Below, piece after piece: positions 1 to 11,167 of a stretch of DNA of 32,140 nt. The DNA comes from Welwitschia mirabilis (Eukaryota). Positions within the stretch are counted from its first letter, which is position 1; each line of letters starts with the position of its first letter. The notes under the pieces were generated by a model that made no database searches, was not told where the DNA came from, and saw only the letters and a list, made by a program, of their open reading frames with translations. The DNA is taken from assembly GCA_051453625.1 (NCBI GenBank), contig JBOZIK010000001.1, positions 45,676,921 through 45,709,060 of the forward strand, given 5' to 3'. Position numbers and translations under genes: made by a program.

Positions 1-685
1 CACAAGCTATCAAATTCGATGCATGCCAGATTTATAGTGGTTCGAGAACTCCTCTACTCCACTCCTGATGATCAACTTCTTTCAAGCTCGATCTCAAATA
101 TCTATTACTCCATAGGTTTTCCAGGTTCACTTGTAAGCTTTTATAGGCTAAGTCTTAACCTTCATAATAGAATTTTGTAGGCTAAGTCTCAACCTTTGTA
201 ATGGACTTTTACAGGCTAAGTCTCAACCTCTAAAAGTAATGGATGTGATGAATTCATGTCTTGATTGCTCAGATATCACATGTTCTATAGCAGTGTAATG
301 AATGAAGCTCTTCTCTAATAGATCATAATAATAAAGCTTTTAGATTTGATTTTAAATGAAGCTCTTGTGCTAAAGATAGATCTCCTCAATCAGATGTGAA
401 GCAACATAATGATACATCAATGAAAGTACACCTTGAACTTTTATATCAACAATTATTATGCCAAATAAGAATAGTGCCAAAAGATCTATAGGTCAATAAT
501 AACACAACTATTTATAATGGAGGGTTAATAGGGTTTATTACAAATGAATTATACCTCCAATGGCTATAAATGGCTAGAAAATGGCTAGGTATCGACTAGG
601 TAATGAATACATAATGTTTACAAATTTTACTTTTTTGTTCCATTCGATTAACCTCAAAAAAATCTAGTCGACCTCATAAGAGCTT
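1..685 (-). mobile_element. Partial LTR, probably Ty1/copia Sirevirus-like; truncated by window start and N-gap
   Basis: GATTTATAGTGGTTCG at 29-44 (minus strand CGAACCACTATAAATC) resembles a motif I recall from SIRE-type LTR ends. Minus-strand TATAAATA at 509-516, GTCGAC-like palindromic motifs at about 590-672, and internal 34-bp repeats. Confidence 0.5.
139..228. repeat. 34-bp-period tandem repeat, 3 copies of core TTTTRYAGGCTAAGTCTYAACC
   Basis: Cores at 139-160, 173-194 and 207-228, read directly. Confidence 0.9.
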
Positions 686-1445
686 NNNNNNNNNNNNNNN
701 NNNNNNNNNNNNNNNNNNNNNNNNNNNNNNNNNNNNNNNNNNNNNNNNNNNNNNNNNNNNNNNNNNNNNNNNNNNNNNNNNNNNNNNNNNNNNNNNNNNN
801 NNNNNNNNNNNNNNNNNNNNNNNNNNNNNNNNNNNNNNNNNNNNNNNNNNNNNNNNNNNNNNNNNNNNNNNNNNNNNNNNNNNNNNNNNNNNNNNNNNNN
901 NNNNNNNNNNNNNNNNNNNNNNNNNNNNNNNNNNNNNNNNNNNNNNNNNNNNNNNNNNNNNNNNNNNNNNNNNNNNNNNNNNNNNNNNNNNNNNNNNNNN
1001 NNNNNNNNNNNNNNNNNNNNNNNNNNNNNNNNNNNNNNNNNNNNNNNNNNNNNNNNNNNNNNNNNNNNNNNNNNNNNNNNNNNNNNNNNNNNNNNNNNNN
1101 NNNNNNNNNNNNNNNNNNNNNNNNNNNNNNNNNNNNNNNNNNNNNNNNNNNNNNNNNNNNNNNNNNNNNNNNNNNNNNNNNNNNNNNNNNNNNNNNNNNN
1201 NNNNNNNNNNNNNNNNNNNNNNNNNNNNNNNNNNNNNNNNNNNNNNNNNNNNNNNNNNNNNNNNNNNNNNNNNNNNNNNNNNNNNNNNNNNNNNNNNNNN
1301 NNNNNNNNNNNNNNNNNNNNNNNNNNNNNNNNNNNNNNNNNNNNNNNNNNNNNNNNNNNNNNNNNNNNNNNNNNNNNNNNNNNNNNNNNNNNNNNNNNNN
1401 NNNNNNNNNNNNNNNNNNNNNNNNNNNNNNNNNNNNNNNNNNNNN
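686..1445. other. Assembly gap (760 N)
   Basis: Run of N. Confidence 1.
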
Positions 1446-1936
1446 ACGAAGATGAGAAGAAGAGTCTAAGGGGAGGGGGGGTTTATTTATAATAACTCAT
1501 AGTAAAAATTATAAATGATAAGTACAGCTAGGTGCTCTCATAAATGAAATAGATGAAACAGTTAAAAGTTGCTATTAGAGTTGGTTACATTGACGATAGC
1601 AAATTATAAAAGATGACTCAGAATATGACTTAGTAGTGATTTAGTAGTCCACATCAACAGTCATTGTCCTGTCTATCATGGAAATGACTAAAGGGACGAC
1701 AGTCTTTTTTAATCATTTTCTTTGAAAATAAACTTAGCATTTCTATCAATAATCCTTCCTCAGGCTCAGTGCATGAGAAAGTGCCTTTAATACATCAAAT
1801 TTGGATAAACATAGTACATTTTCAAGATTTCCTCTTGTATCTTTGAAATCCTCAGAATTTCATCTAAACCTATATAAAAGTTCCGCAAAATAGCTTATAA
1901 AACCCTATCAAATAACCATAAATTAGCAGTGCAACA
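1446..1936 (-). mobile_element. Athila-like LTR family copy L1, 5' half (solo or 5' LTR; remainder in gap)
   Basis: Minus strand starts TGTTGCACTGCTAATTTATGGTTATTTGATAGGGTTTTATAAG at 1936. Colinear with 31415-31890 and the reverse complement of 3609-4120. No PPT next to 1936. Confidence 0.85.
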
Positions 1937-2369
1937 GTCATCCTCTATGTCATCTGGATGATGAACAGATGATAGTCAATTAATAAATAATTTATTTTTT
2001 TATTATTTTGGAAAAATACATTTTTATGAATCTATTGAGATTTCTAACTTGACTGCTTAAGAATTTTAGGAAGAAAATGGGAAAATTTTGGAAGTACACA
2101 AGCAAACCATCTGAATTTTCTCTTAGCTTTTTTCTTTAGAGGTCATTATGGCATTACTTGATCATCTTTCAAATATGACTTATGTATTTATTTCCATGGC
2201 TAGTCTTTTGACTTGGGCACTTTAGTAGTAAGATTGGATTCATCCAATCTTAAGACTTTCACAAGTCTATGCAGTTCAATTTCTAGAAATATGCTTTATT
2301 TTTTATGTTTTTCTCAATAGTAAAAAGGTATTAGATTATTTAAAGATGTTCTTTTCTATTTTCGTTTTC

Positions 2370-3350
2370 TATCTTCACCTTTGTGTTTTAGAATATTTGG
2401 TTATGTGGAATGTATTTATTATATTTAAAAAAAGATTTAAATAAGACTATGATGTTATATTTAAGATAATTTTTAAAAAAATTGTTACCATGATGTCCTA
2501 CCATAAGTACATTAGGATATATATTTCTAAGAGAAGCCTTTGGTAGTGTAATATGATAGTTGTGGGAACTTGTCTAGAAGGTTAGTTGACCATGCTTCAT
2601 GGGTTTTTACTTCTCTAACAATGGCTGCACTACCCTCATCATAGAATAAACTAAAAAATAGGAGGTTACAGAATCAGTGGTATCCCTAGTATCATCAGAG
2701 GCATTGCTTTTTTCCTAGACTCTTAGTCCTTCTACATGATTATTTCATTTCTTAAGATTCTAGTGTTTATTTTGAGATATCGGTAGGTGAGTCCTTTTTT
2801 GAGTAATTCTTTGATCTAATCATTTACTAAAGCATCATCATAATCACTATCTTATTGAATGGAATTTTTTATACATCAAGTAATGTATTTTTACATCAAG
2901 TGATATTATGATTTCTTTCATGGAAGCCTATTAGGATAAAATGTCAAATAGGTAGACTATCTTTTTTTATATTATTTTATGCTCATTCTTTTTATTTTCT
3001 TTTGTGATTTGGTTAGTTATTTTAAAGTCATTATCATATTTTATTTTTATCATGTTTTTCTTATTCAGTTTTCAATAAAAGTAGATTTCTTGCTTAATTG
3101 AGCTTTCTTACTAAATTTTGTGATGTTTATTTTTTAATCTTTGATGTTGTAAGCACTACTCTTAATCATTTTTATGATGATAACCATTTATTATCCACTA
3201 TTTTTCTTTACTTATTAGAATATTTCATAGATCTACGTTTTTCAAATCTGACATTACTTATCTTTGCACTTCATTTAGAAATTTATCCTCTTTTATCTAC
3301 CTTTTCACTCCTATTTTCTTTCTTTGCTTTATTTTCCAATATGGGATGTA
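2370..3350 (-). pseudogene. Degenerate unidentified ORF relic (K/E/N-rich region followed by a conserved block), copy 1
   Basis: Colinear with about 15840-17200. Minus-strand translation includes GLTYRYLKI, NHVEGLRV*EKAMPLMILGIPLIL and YDEGSAAIVREVKTHEAWST. Several differences from copy 2 are synonymous. Confidence 0.55.
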
Positions 3351-3359
3351 TTGTTTTTC

Positions 3360-3608
3360 TTGGAGGGGATAGGGACCCATTTTCATAGCTCATTTTTAAA
3401 ATTTTAAACTTAATTAAGATCTTTTATGAGATAAAATTTTCAAATTTTCATACATACTATGCATTACTTGTTATTTATCTATGTGAAGTGTTCTATAAGA
3501 CTACTTTAAAAATTTCTATATTGATTATTTCTAAGCCAAATTGGCTTGTAAGTATGGTTTTCCACCTGGTTTTTATCAAGGGACTGACAAAAGCTAAGTG
3601 GAGGGCAA
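3360..3608 (+). mobile_element. 3' internal end of an Athila-like element, including PPT region 3580-3608
   Basis: Reverse-complement homolog of 31891-32140. GGGACTGACAAAAGCTAAGTGGAGGGCAA directly precedes the LTR TG. Confidence 0.85.
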
Positions 3609-4644
3609 TGTTTTACTACTAATTTTTCGTTATTTAATAGGGTTTTATGAGCTATTTTATAGGACATTTATACAGGTTTAGATGCAATTCTAAGGATTTT
3701 AGAGATTTAATAGAAGATATTGAAAATGTACAATTCTTATGTAGATTTGATGCATTTAAGAAATATTCTAATGTATAGAGCTTTGGATGAAGATTACTAA
3801 TAAAAATACAAGGTTTCTTTCAATAAAATGATTAAAGAAGACCATTATTTCCTCTGTTATACCCACGATAGGAAGGACAATGGCAAGACTACTTACTAAT
3901 GTGGATTACCAAATCACTATTAAGTTATCATTCTAAATTATCTTTTATGATGAGCTGTTATCCCTTAATCAACTAGATGATAGCAGGGATAACACTGACA
4001 TGTAACCAAATTTGACAACCAATCCTTGACTATGTTGTTCATTTCATTTATGTAAAAGAGAGCATCTTATCTGTCATTTTCTACTATGAGTTGTTATAAA
4101 TAATTCCCCCTTTAACTCTTCTTCTCATCTTCATTGCACTGGAAATTCTTGTGATAGAAGATCAAAGGGGAAGAAATCATCTCAATTATTGTAGAAGGAT
4201 GTTCCTTTGGTGGAGGCCTATGCATCCTTCATTAAAGCTCAACTATTTTGTAACCAAGATGTTGTTACTTCTTTAATATAAAAATTTGTTTTTGTTTTAT
4301 GCATGTTAGTTTCTCAGATAATACTTATGATTTATGTTGCCCTTGATCTGCTGATAATTTCTTAGGTAATATAGATCATCAAGGGTAGCCAAAGAAAGTA
4401 GTTTAGGATCATTTGAATTTTCGTTTGCATTTCATATTTATTTTCCTGCATTATTCTTTCTTCTGATCTCCATTTTCTTTTGTAAAAGCAATCCAAGTTT
4501 CATCTCATAGCCTTTAAGGAGAATATATCATTTAGGTTAACTTCCAACTATACTAGTGTGATGTATTATATAAGATATTTGTTTTGATTATAAGTGACAG
4601 GATCTTTTTAAATATAAACATTTGCACAAATACACACTGAAACA
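3609..4644 (+). mobile_element. Athila-like 3' LTR, copy L2 (about 1036 bp)
   Basis: TG...CA termini (TGTTTTACTAC...CACACTGAAACA), PPT upstream, TATAAATA at 4095-4102. Homologous at both ends and internally to 30857-31890(-). Confidence 0.9.
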
Positions 4645-4929
4645 CTTTGACATAGTGAAAAAGAGGATTCATAGGTTAAGGAGTAAGGTGACAAAGTCTA
4701 AGAAGACTAAATTACATTGGGGGTTTAATTATTTAAAGAAATGCAATACTTAAGAAGATGAAAAGGAGTTGGAATGTTCAAAATCATGAAAGTGGAGTCA
4801 AATATTCATGAAAAAAGATGTTGAGAATGCATACTTGGTTGAGATATCGAAGCACAAAATTGATTTGGAAAGGAAGAGTAGTTTAAAATAATTTATTTGA
4901 TTTGTTGTGTTTTTTACCTGTGCAGTCAT

Positions 4930-6600
4930 TTTATACTTTTCTGATTTCAAATATTATGCGGTCTTTTTTGAAAAACATAAAACTAATGAAGTTTATTTTT
5001 GAAGGGAGGAACTCATTTCAGTTTCTATTGATCATTTAAGAGAGATCTTTAATTTACAGATGCCAAATAGCGTATTAGAAGTAAAGGAGTAAATCAAATA
5101 AAAAATGATCAAGCCTTCATATATTTTGGAGTTAAATCTAATTTGGAATTTGATTTTCTAGTTTTTGTCAATTCTTTTTATTCAAGGATTACACCTAATG
5201 ATTACCTTGATTCTTCAAGGATTTTAGTTTTGATTGTGAGAATGTTTGAGAAGAGGAATAATTTTAAATAGTTATCTTCAATGTGGACAAGGATTTCTTA
5301 AATGATGAAACATTCTAAGAGAAGTGAAGAATATATTTTTCCTTTCAGTTTTCATTCAAATTATCTTTTCTTAGTTGGAATTTGTGAATCATTATCTATG
5401 GGTGATAACATAAGATTGACTTAGTGAGATATTTGTATAGAGGTTAAAGAAGGGAAGAGTACTATTAAGATCAATGATAAATCTTTAAATTTGTTCAACA
5501 CTATAAGCAAATTTGGGTTGAATCTGAATTTGATAGGGAAGACCAAGTTCTTCAAGAGAAGTTAATGCTCTATCTTGGGAAGTCACCAAGATCGTTAGCT
5601 TGTGGTAACAAAAATCTTTCATTTTTTATAATGAATCAGAAAGTGGGAGTAAATAGAGATTGGGAAGCACTTAAAGATAAGAGGTAGGAACTAGAGGCAG
5701 TCTTAGAAAAACTTAATGCTATGATTGATTTTGCCTTAAAAAGAGTTAAGTAGTTAGAATGAATTATGCATATTTTCCTTTGTTGTAGGTTGTCATTAAT
5801 GATAAATTTCAAGATAATGAATTTTAATGGAATACATTTCTTTGTAATGTATGGAGAAGAAGAATTCAAAGCTAAAGACATGATTCTTCAGAATTCTTAA
5901 AGTGTGCTTTTAACTTCAAATGGTATTTCAATTAATAGTTGCTTTGTGTTTTTTATTTCTTTTTTTCTTTTTTCCTTTTTTTTCATTGATCTTGGTATAC
6001 ATTAGTGTAAGTAAGGGCATCAAATTTATCTAACAATCTAAGAAAAAACCTATGTTTATTTGTAAATCTTGGGATAAATTTTAGACTGAAAAAATATCTT
6101 TAGGATGATAGAATGATAGAGATTATGGAACAAGGGGAAAACAAAATGGTTTTCACTCTCTTTAATAATTCCTTATTGTACTTATTTCTTTTGTTTAATG
6201 AGTGCCAACATAAATTAGTAGAAATTGATCAGTTAAGGATAGAAAATACAAAACTAAAAAAGAAGAATTATGAATTGCAAGATTTGAATTTGGATCTAAT
6301 GTGTGAAGTTGTTAAGACAAATTTAGTATTTGATTATTTTGATGAAGATAAGGGCATAATCATGTTATCTTTATTAGTGCAAGAGTTGAAGGACTTAGAA
6401 TAAGAGATTAAGATTAGAGACTTTTCATAGGAGTGAATTCATTAATGGGATAAAGGGTTTAGTGGTTTATCTTAAGAGGAAGTTATTTGATTTAGATGAC
6501 CTCTTATCAAAGGAAATTCTAGCATTGGTAGAGAATTTAAACCTTTATAAGAAAGTATATGTCTTGAGAAAGAGGTATCATTCTTATTACCTATTCCTAA
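4930..6600 (+). pseudogene. Degenerate retroelement accessory ORF: possible plant mobile domain (PMD)-like region plus coiled-coil C-terminal part
   Basis: Motifs in order: EELISVSIDHLREIFNLQMP (5006-5065), REVKNIFFLSVFIQIIFS (5318-5371, same frame), KIDLVRYLYRG (5412-5444), then QIWVESEF...PRSLAC (from 5508, same frame as YLYRG). These resemble PMD motifs. Heptad-like segments follow (DWEALKDKR*ELEAVLEKLNAMID; HKLVEIDQLRIENTKLKKKNYELQDLN in ORF 6113-6403). Confidence 0.45.
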
Positions 6601-7249
6601 ACATTTTTGACACCAAAATATTATTACCCTTAATTAAGGCTAATGAGGTAAGCATGACAAATTTATGTGATGTATTTTTTGTTGTCATAGGTTTGATTTG
6701 AATTGGCATTAATCACATTTTTTTAATTTTTATTTTTATTTTTTAGATCTAAAATAGATTTATGAACATATCACTTTCAAGAGGATAGAAGAGTGAAATT
6801 GATAACTTCTTTACTAGGAGAAAAATTTTATCTTCTATTATATTGGATGAATTTTTTTGATGATTAAAAGGCTTATTATCTCCCTCCTCTTTTTTTTTTG
6901 GTTATGAATAATGAAAACTTTTTATGTAGTGCTCAAGGGCATTTTGTTTTTAATTTCTAATAATAACAAGTAGAAGTATGATATGTATACTTTTTTTGGA
7001 TTCTAGAAATACATACACTACTACTATATGATAATGTTATTATTTTTTTTAGTATTATAATTTTATTTTTCTTTGAAATTTTTATTGATCATGAAATTGA
7101 CAACACATCTAAGAGTTAAGTATCAGGGATTTTGATAAACTTGAACTTATGTGGCTCAAAGTTGTCTTTTTGGATTTGGAAAAAATGAATTAAGGGATTT
7201 TTCTTTTTTAAAATTCTTTTGGTTATAGTACTATTTTCTTGTTTTTGGG

Positions 7250-7700
7250 TAATGACGATAGTTGCACCCCTTTCAAGTGTTTCTTTTGTAGATGAGTCAT
7301 AAAAATTTACTTTCTAATGTACTAATGATATAACTACCTTAGTATTGTATATCTAGGTCTGTCCAATAATAAGTTGAATGATGTTGAATTTTTAATAATA
7401 TGAAACTTAGTTTTTGTTTTGATATCTCCTATGTATACATCTAATGAACTAGTTTTAACCAATGGTATTGTTTTGTCATTAAACCTACAGATTAATATGG
7501 TGTTACTTATATTAATTTTATGTTATTTCTCAAGTGATTTTAGATAATAATTTATGATTATTTTGAGTTGGACACCATAACCAATAAATGATATTTTAAC
7601 TTGGTATGATTTAATTTGTATTGTGATATGTGGTGGACCCTTTACGATAAGTTTCTTTGGCATGGAAAAAATTTCACTTAGTTCAAAGGTTATGTCAAAA
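7250..7700 (-). pseudogene. Ty3/gypsy Ogre/Tat-type aspartic protease relic
   Basis: ITF...HITIQIKSYQVKISFIGYGVQLKII (decayed ID-x-G catalytic motif), then LDVYIGDIKTKTKFHIIKNSTSFNLLLDRP (cf. LLLGRPW) and VVISLVH*KVNF (cf. VPSTLHQKVKF). Confidence 0.8.
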
Positions 7701-7759
7701 TGTTTCTCTTTAGCTATGATCACTTGGAGTTTATATTCAGCTATTTTGTTCAGCATCTC

Positions 7760-9720
7760 TTCAAATTCTTATTTGTAGCATTTTGATTTTATCAATAATG
7801 ATAAAAAATGTTGTTTAGCTACTTGGACAGGGTTGATTTTAGCATGACATTAGACTTGCTCTAACATTTACAATAACTTTTGCTTATTTGATTGAATAAT
7901 TTCTTCTTATCTTAAGGACTTCTTTCTTGCTATCATCATGATTGTATGAAATCATGTATTAATATTGATAGCAGTACTTTAAACATTTATTTGGGATGTA
8001 GAGGAATCTTGAGTTAGAAGAGAGGTTTTAAGTATTTTAAGAATTTCATTCTCAGTAGCCATTATTAAGTTTGGTTTTATATCTCTCTTATTTTCAAGGA
8101 TCTCTTGGACAATGTGTTTGAGATTCCAATAATTTTCTATATCCTTTGAATTGGTGGTATTTTAATTATTATTTTTCATTATACCACCTAGGTTTTAGGG
8201 CATTAGGATCATATTGCATTGGTTGAAGTAATTCAACTACATTTTTCAAAAGTAAAGTCAGGATTTGAAACAATGAAACACTAATATTTATAAAAATTCT
8301 TCTAGTCTTTTTAATTTGGATATTAGTATTTTTAATACAGTATGTCTATCCTTCAACTTATTAAGGTTGGAGTTGATTTGTTTTGTCTTACACTTGTTAT
8401 TTTGGTTCTTCCACTATATAGATCATTTTATAATTCTTGTTAGTGTATTTTCATTCTTTAGTTTTATCTAACTTTTTCCCAAGATGTAAGACTCCCTTCT
8501 CTCTCTCTACTACTTTGATTTTTTTTGAAAAGTTTAACAAATGAATTAAAAGTATCAAATTTCTATATTTGTAGATTTTCAAAGATAAAAGGGACATATG
8601 ATTTGGTGAATAAGCCCACTATCTTTTTATCTAAGATCACGTATCCTAATTATAAATTTGTAACTAGCCATTATTAAGTGTAACTCATAATATTCTCTTT
8701 AAATAATTATCATAAATTGGTTAGATTTTCTAAAGGTATGCAATGGATGATGTTTACAGTATATTGCTTAACACATGCCTCAAAGAGGGCTTTTAAGCTT
8801 AGAATTAATTTTAAAGATAGATAATGATATCATTCTAAAGCATACTTACTTAAAGATCTACAAAAAAGATGATAACCAGTGTCTTCATCCATACGATGTA
8901 AGATACAATTGTGCTTAAAATTTATTATGTAGATTTTAGGATTCTTTTACCCTATGAACTTCTCAAGTTCCAAGATTTAAGATGAGGCCAATCATCTTAC
9001 AAGGACTGATGGGTGAATATGAGTCTTTATAATATTAAGCTCAGCACATAGGTTGACTTATGCCAGATACTATTTTAAATAGTTCATAGTTTCTAATACT
9101 TCACCTAGATCTATAGCTTTGATTACTATAGGTGGTCCTACCTTTTTGAGGTTTTTGACTTTATTATTACTTGTACTTTCTTCTAACTTAGAAAGGAGAA
9201 AGGTTTTTTAGGTAAGTTTTTTTTAGTAATTTAGGTTTCTTCAACAAAGTAAGTTTTAGTTGTTTATAAATTCTTCATTATTACTTATGTCTCTTGCCTT
9301 TTTGTGAACTTACCCATCACTATCCTCTTTATTACTTAAATTTATGTCAAGTGATATTTTTACCCCTCTAACATCATGTTTATCCCAAGATCCTAAGAGG
9401 TTTGTTTAGTATTTCTTATAATCTAGCATCAGGTATTTGTTAAGGGAGGTAGGGTTTTCTTGGGCTAGAAATTTCATGTAATCTTATTTAAACAACATGT
9501 TCTTTCAAGTATGCATGATTGCTAATTAGGATTAAATTATGAAGTGTGTACCATCAGGAGTGCTAAAACTATTGCTATGATTTATGATGACTTTTCTAAT
9601 GACTTAAATTATATGACTTGATAGATTAATAGATAAATTTTCTAATTTATAAATTGATAGAGGACTTGAAGAAAAATTTGGATACTATTTTATGGAAGGG
9701 AAAGGCTTCAATTTTTCTTT
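7760..9720 (-). pseudogene. gag: Ty3/gypsy Ogre/Tat-type gag relic
   Basis: LEKFIG*KNPKIYIINFKHNC...HLF.RSLSKYALE*YHYL...KQYTVN (retrotransposon gag core, about 8750-8970). PRWYNEK...YHQFKG...ENYWNLKHIVQEIL (Ogre/Tat-type zinc-knuckle region, about 8095-8195). Start position approximate. Confidence 0.8.
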
Positions 9721-10074
9721 TTGAAAGTGAAAATTATAAAGAGATGTTTTATAAGAAGAACATATTTAAATAATACTGAAATAGCACATGAATTTTATTC
9801 ATAAATAAGCTAAAGATTTTGGATGTTATGATAGCAAGGATGATAAGAAATTGATTCTATTAATTGATTAAATATTATATGAACAAAGCTGTATAATTCT
9901 GTGGACACAACAACACAGTTTACATACAAAAATAGATAGAAGGATCTAATAGATGTATTAAAGAACCTTAAAAGACATTATAAAATGGTGTAGTAGATAA
10001 AACATTTTGACAGAATTTATAAAATCATTTAATTGATGAATAAAAATTACTTGGCAAACACAATGGACTATTTA

Positions 10075-10162
10075 ATAGACAAACTAGAATAGTTATACAG
10101 ATAGAGTAGAATAGTTCTGTAGATAGATTGGAATAGTTTCATAGATAAACTAGAATAAAATC
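10075..10162. repeat. 22-bp tandem repeat x4 (approx. ATAGATARAYTAGAATAGTTHY)
   Basis: Units begin at 10075, 10097, 10119 and 10141. Confidence 0.85.
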
Positions 10163-10803
10163 GTATTATTTAATGGACAAAGGAGGACTAATCCATAAAT
10201 AAGACATGATTATTTAAATAGATTAAATGATTTAATAAATCTTATAAAGTAAATCTAATAAACTGGATAGGACTATTTAGCAAATAAAATAAGAAAATTT
10301 AACATGTAGAACTTTCAAAATGATGACAGAACATTTTTAAAGCATTAAATGGAATATTTAATTTATGAAACTCTTAAGGGAAGGATAAAAATGTATCAAA
10401 CATGCTTAAAACAAAAGAAAATATGATTTTATCAACTCAAAAGGAATTGTCTTATAAGACCTAAGCTATCTTAATCTTGATATTAGAGTATACTTTGACT
10501 CTTAGACTTGGGATAGTAGCTAGACTTAATTCTTAACTGAGAAGAGCTTGCTAATGATAAATGAGCTTGCTTCCTTTAATAACTAAACAATTCATTAAAT
10601 TATCTTTCTCAAGCATTAGAGATGAATTTATATTGAGAGGAAGTATTTGAAGGGTTAAGAAAAAGATGAGGTGTATGAGGATTTATTAGAATTGAACCTT
10701 AAAAAAAAGTAGGAATAGGTGGATCACACTAAGATCATGGAATAAGTAAACTTAGACTTTTCTTCTTATTTTTATCAATTGCATGTAAAACTATTTTGGA
10801 TAC

Positions 10804-11167
10804 AAAGTTTTAGAGACAGTTTTCTAAAGACAAACTTTCATAGACTGTGTTCTATATGTAGACTTTTATAAATAAAATGATAAGAATGGATTTTTATAGA
10901 CATAATATAGAAGATGAACTTTTGTAGATAAAATGATAAAGATTGAGTTTTGTAGATATAATGGTAAAGATAAACTTTTATAAATAAAATGCTAAAGACT
11001 AAGTTTTACACACCGAATGCTAAAGATGAATTTTTCCACATAGAATGTCTAAGATGAAGTTTTACAAATGAAATGCTAAAGATGAAATTTTGCAAATATA
11101 ATTCTAAAGATGAAGTTTTGCAAAAGGAATGCTAAATATAGAGTTTTGCAAACATATTTTGAAAGCC
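10804..11167. repeat. 28-bp tandem array x13 (approx. GAAGTTTTRYARATAAAATGCTAAAGAT)
   Basis: Units begin every 28 bp from 10804 to 11140 with no phase slips. Confidence 0.9.

Noticed and set aside
139..228. 22-bp cores with 12-bp linkers as a mini-CRISPR
   Set aside because: Linkers are too short and related to each other; only three units, inside an LTR-like sequence.
10804..11167. 28-bp array as a CRISPR array
   Set aside because: Units are contiguous and degenerate with no unique spacers, there are no cas genes, and the context is eukaryotic retrotransposon DNA.
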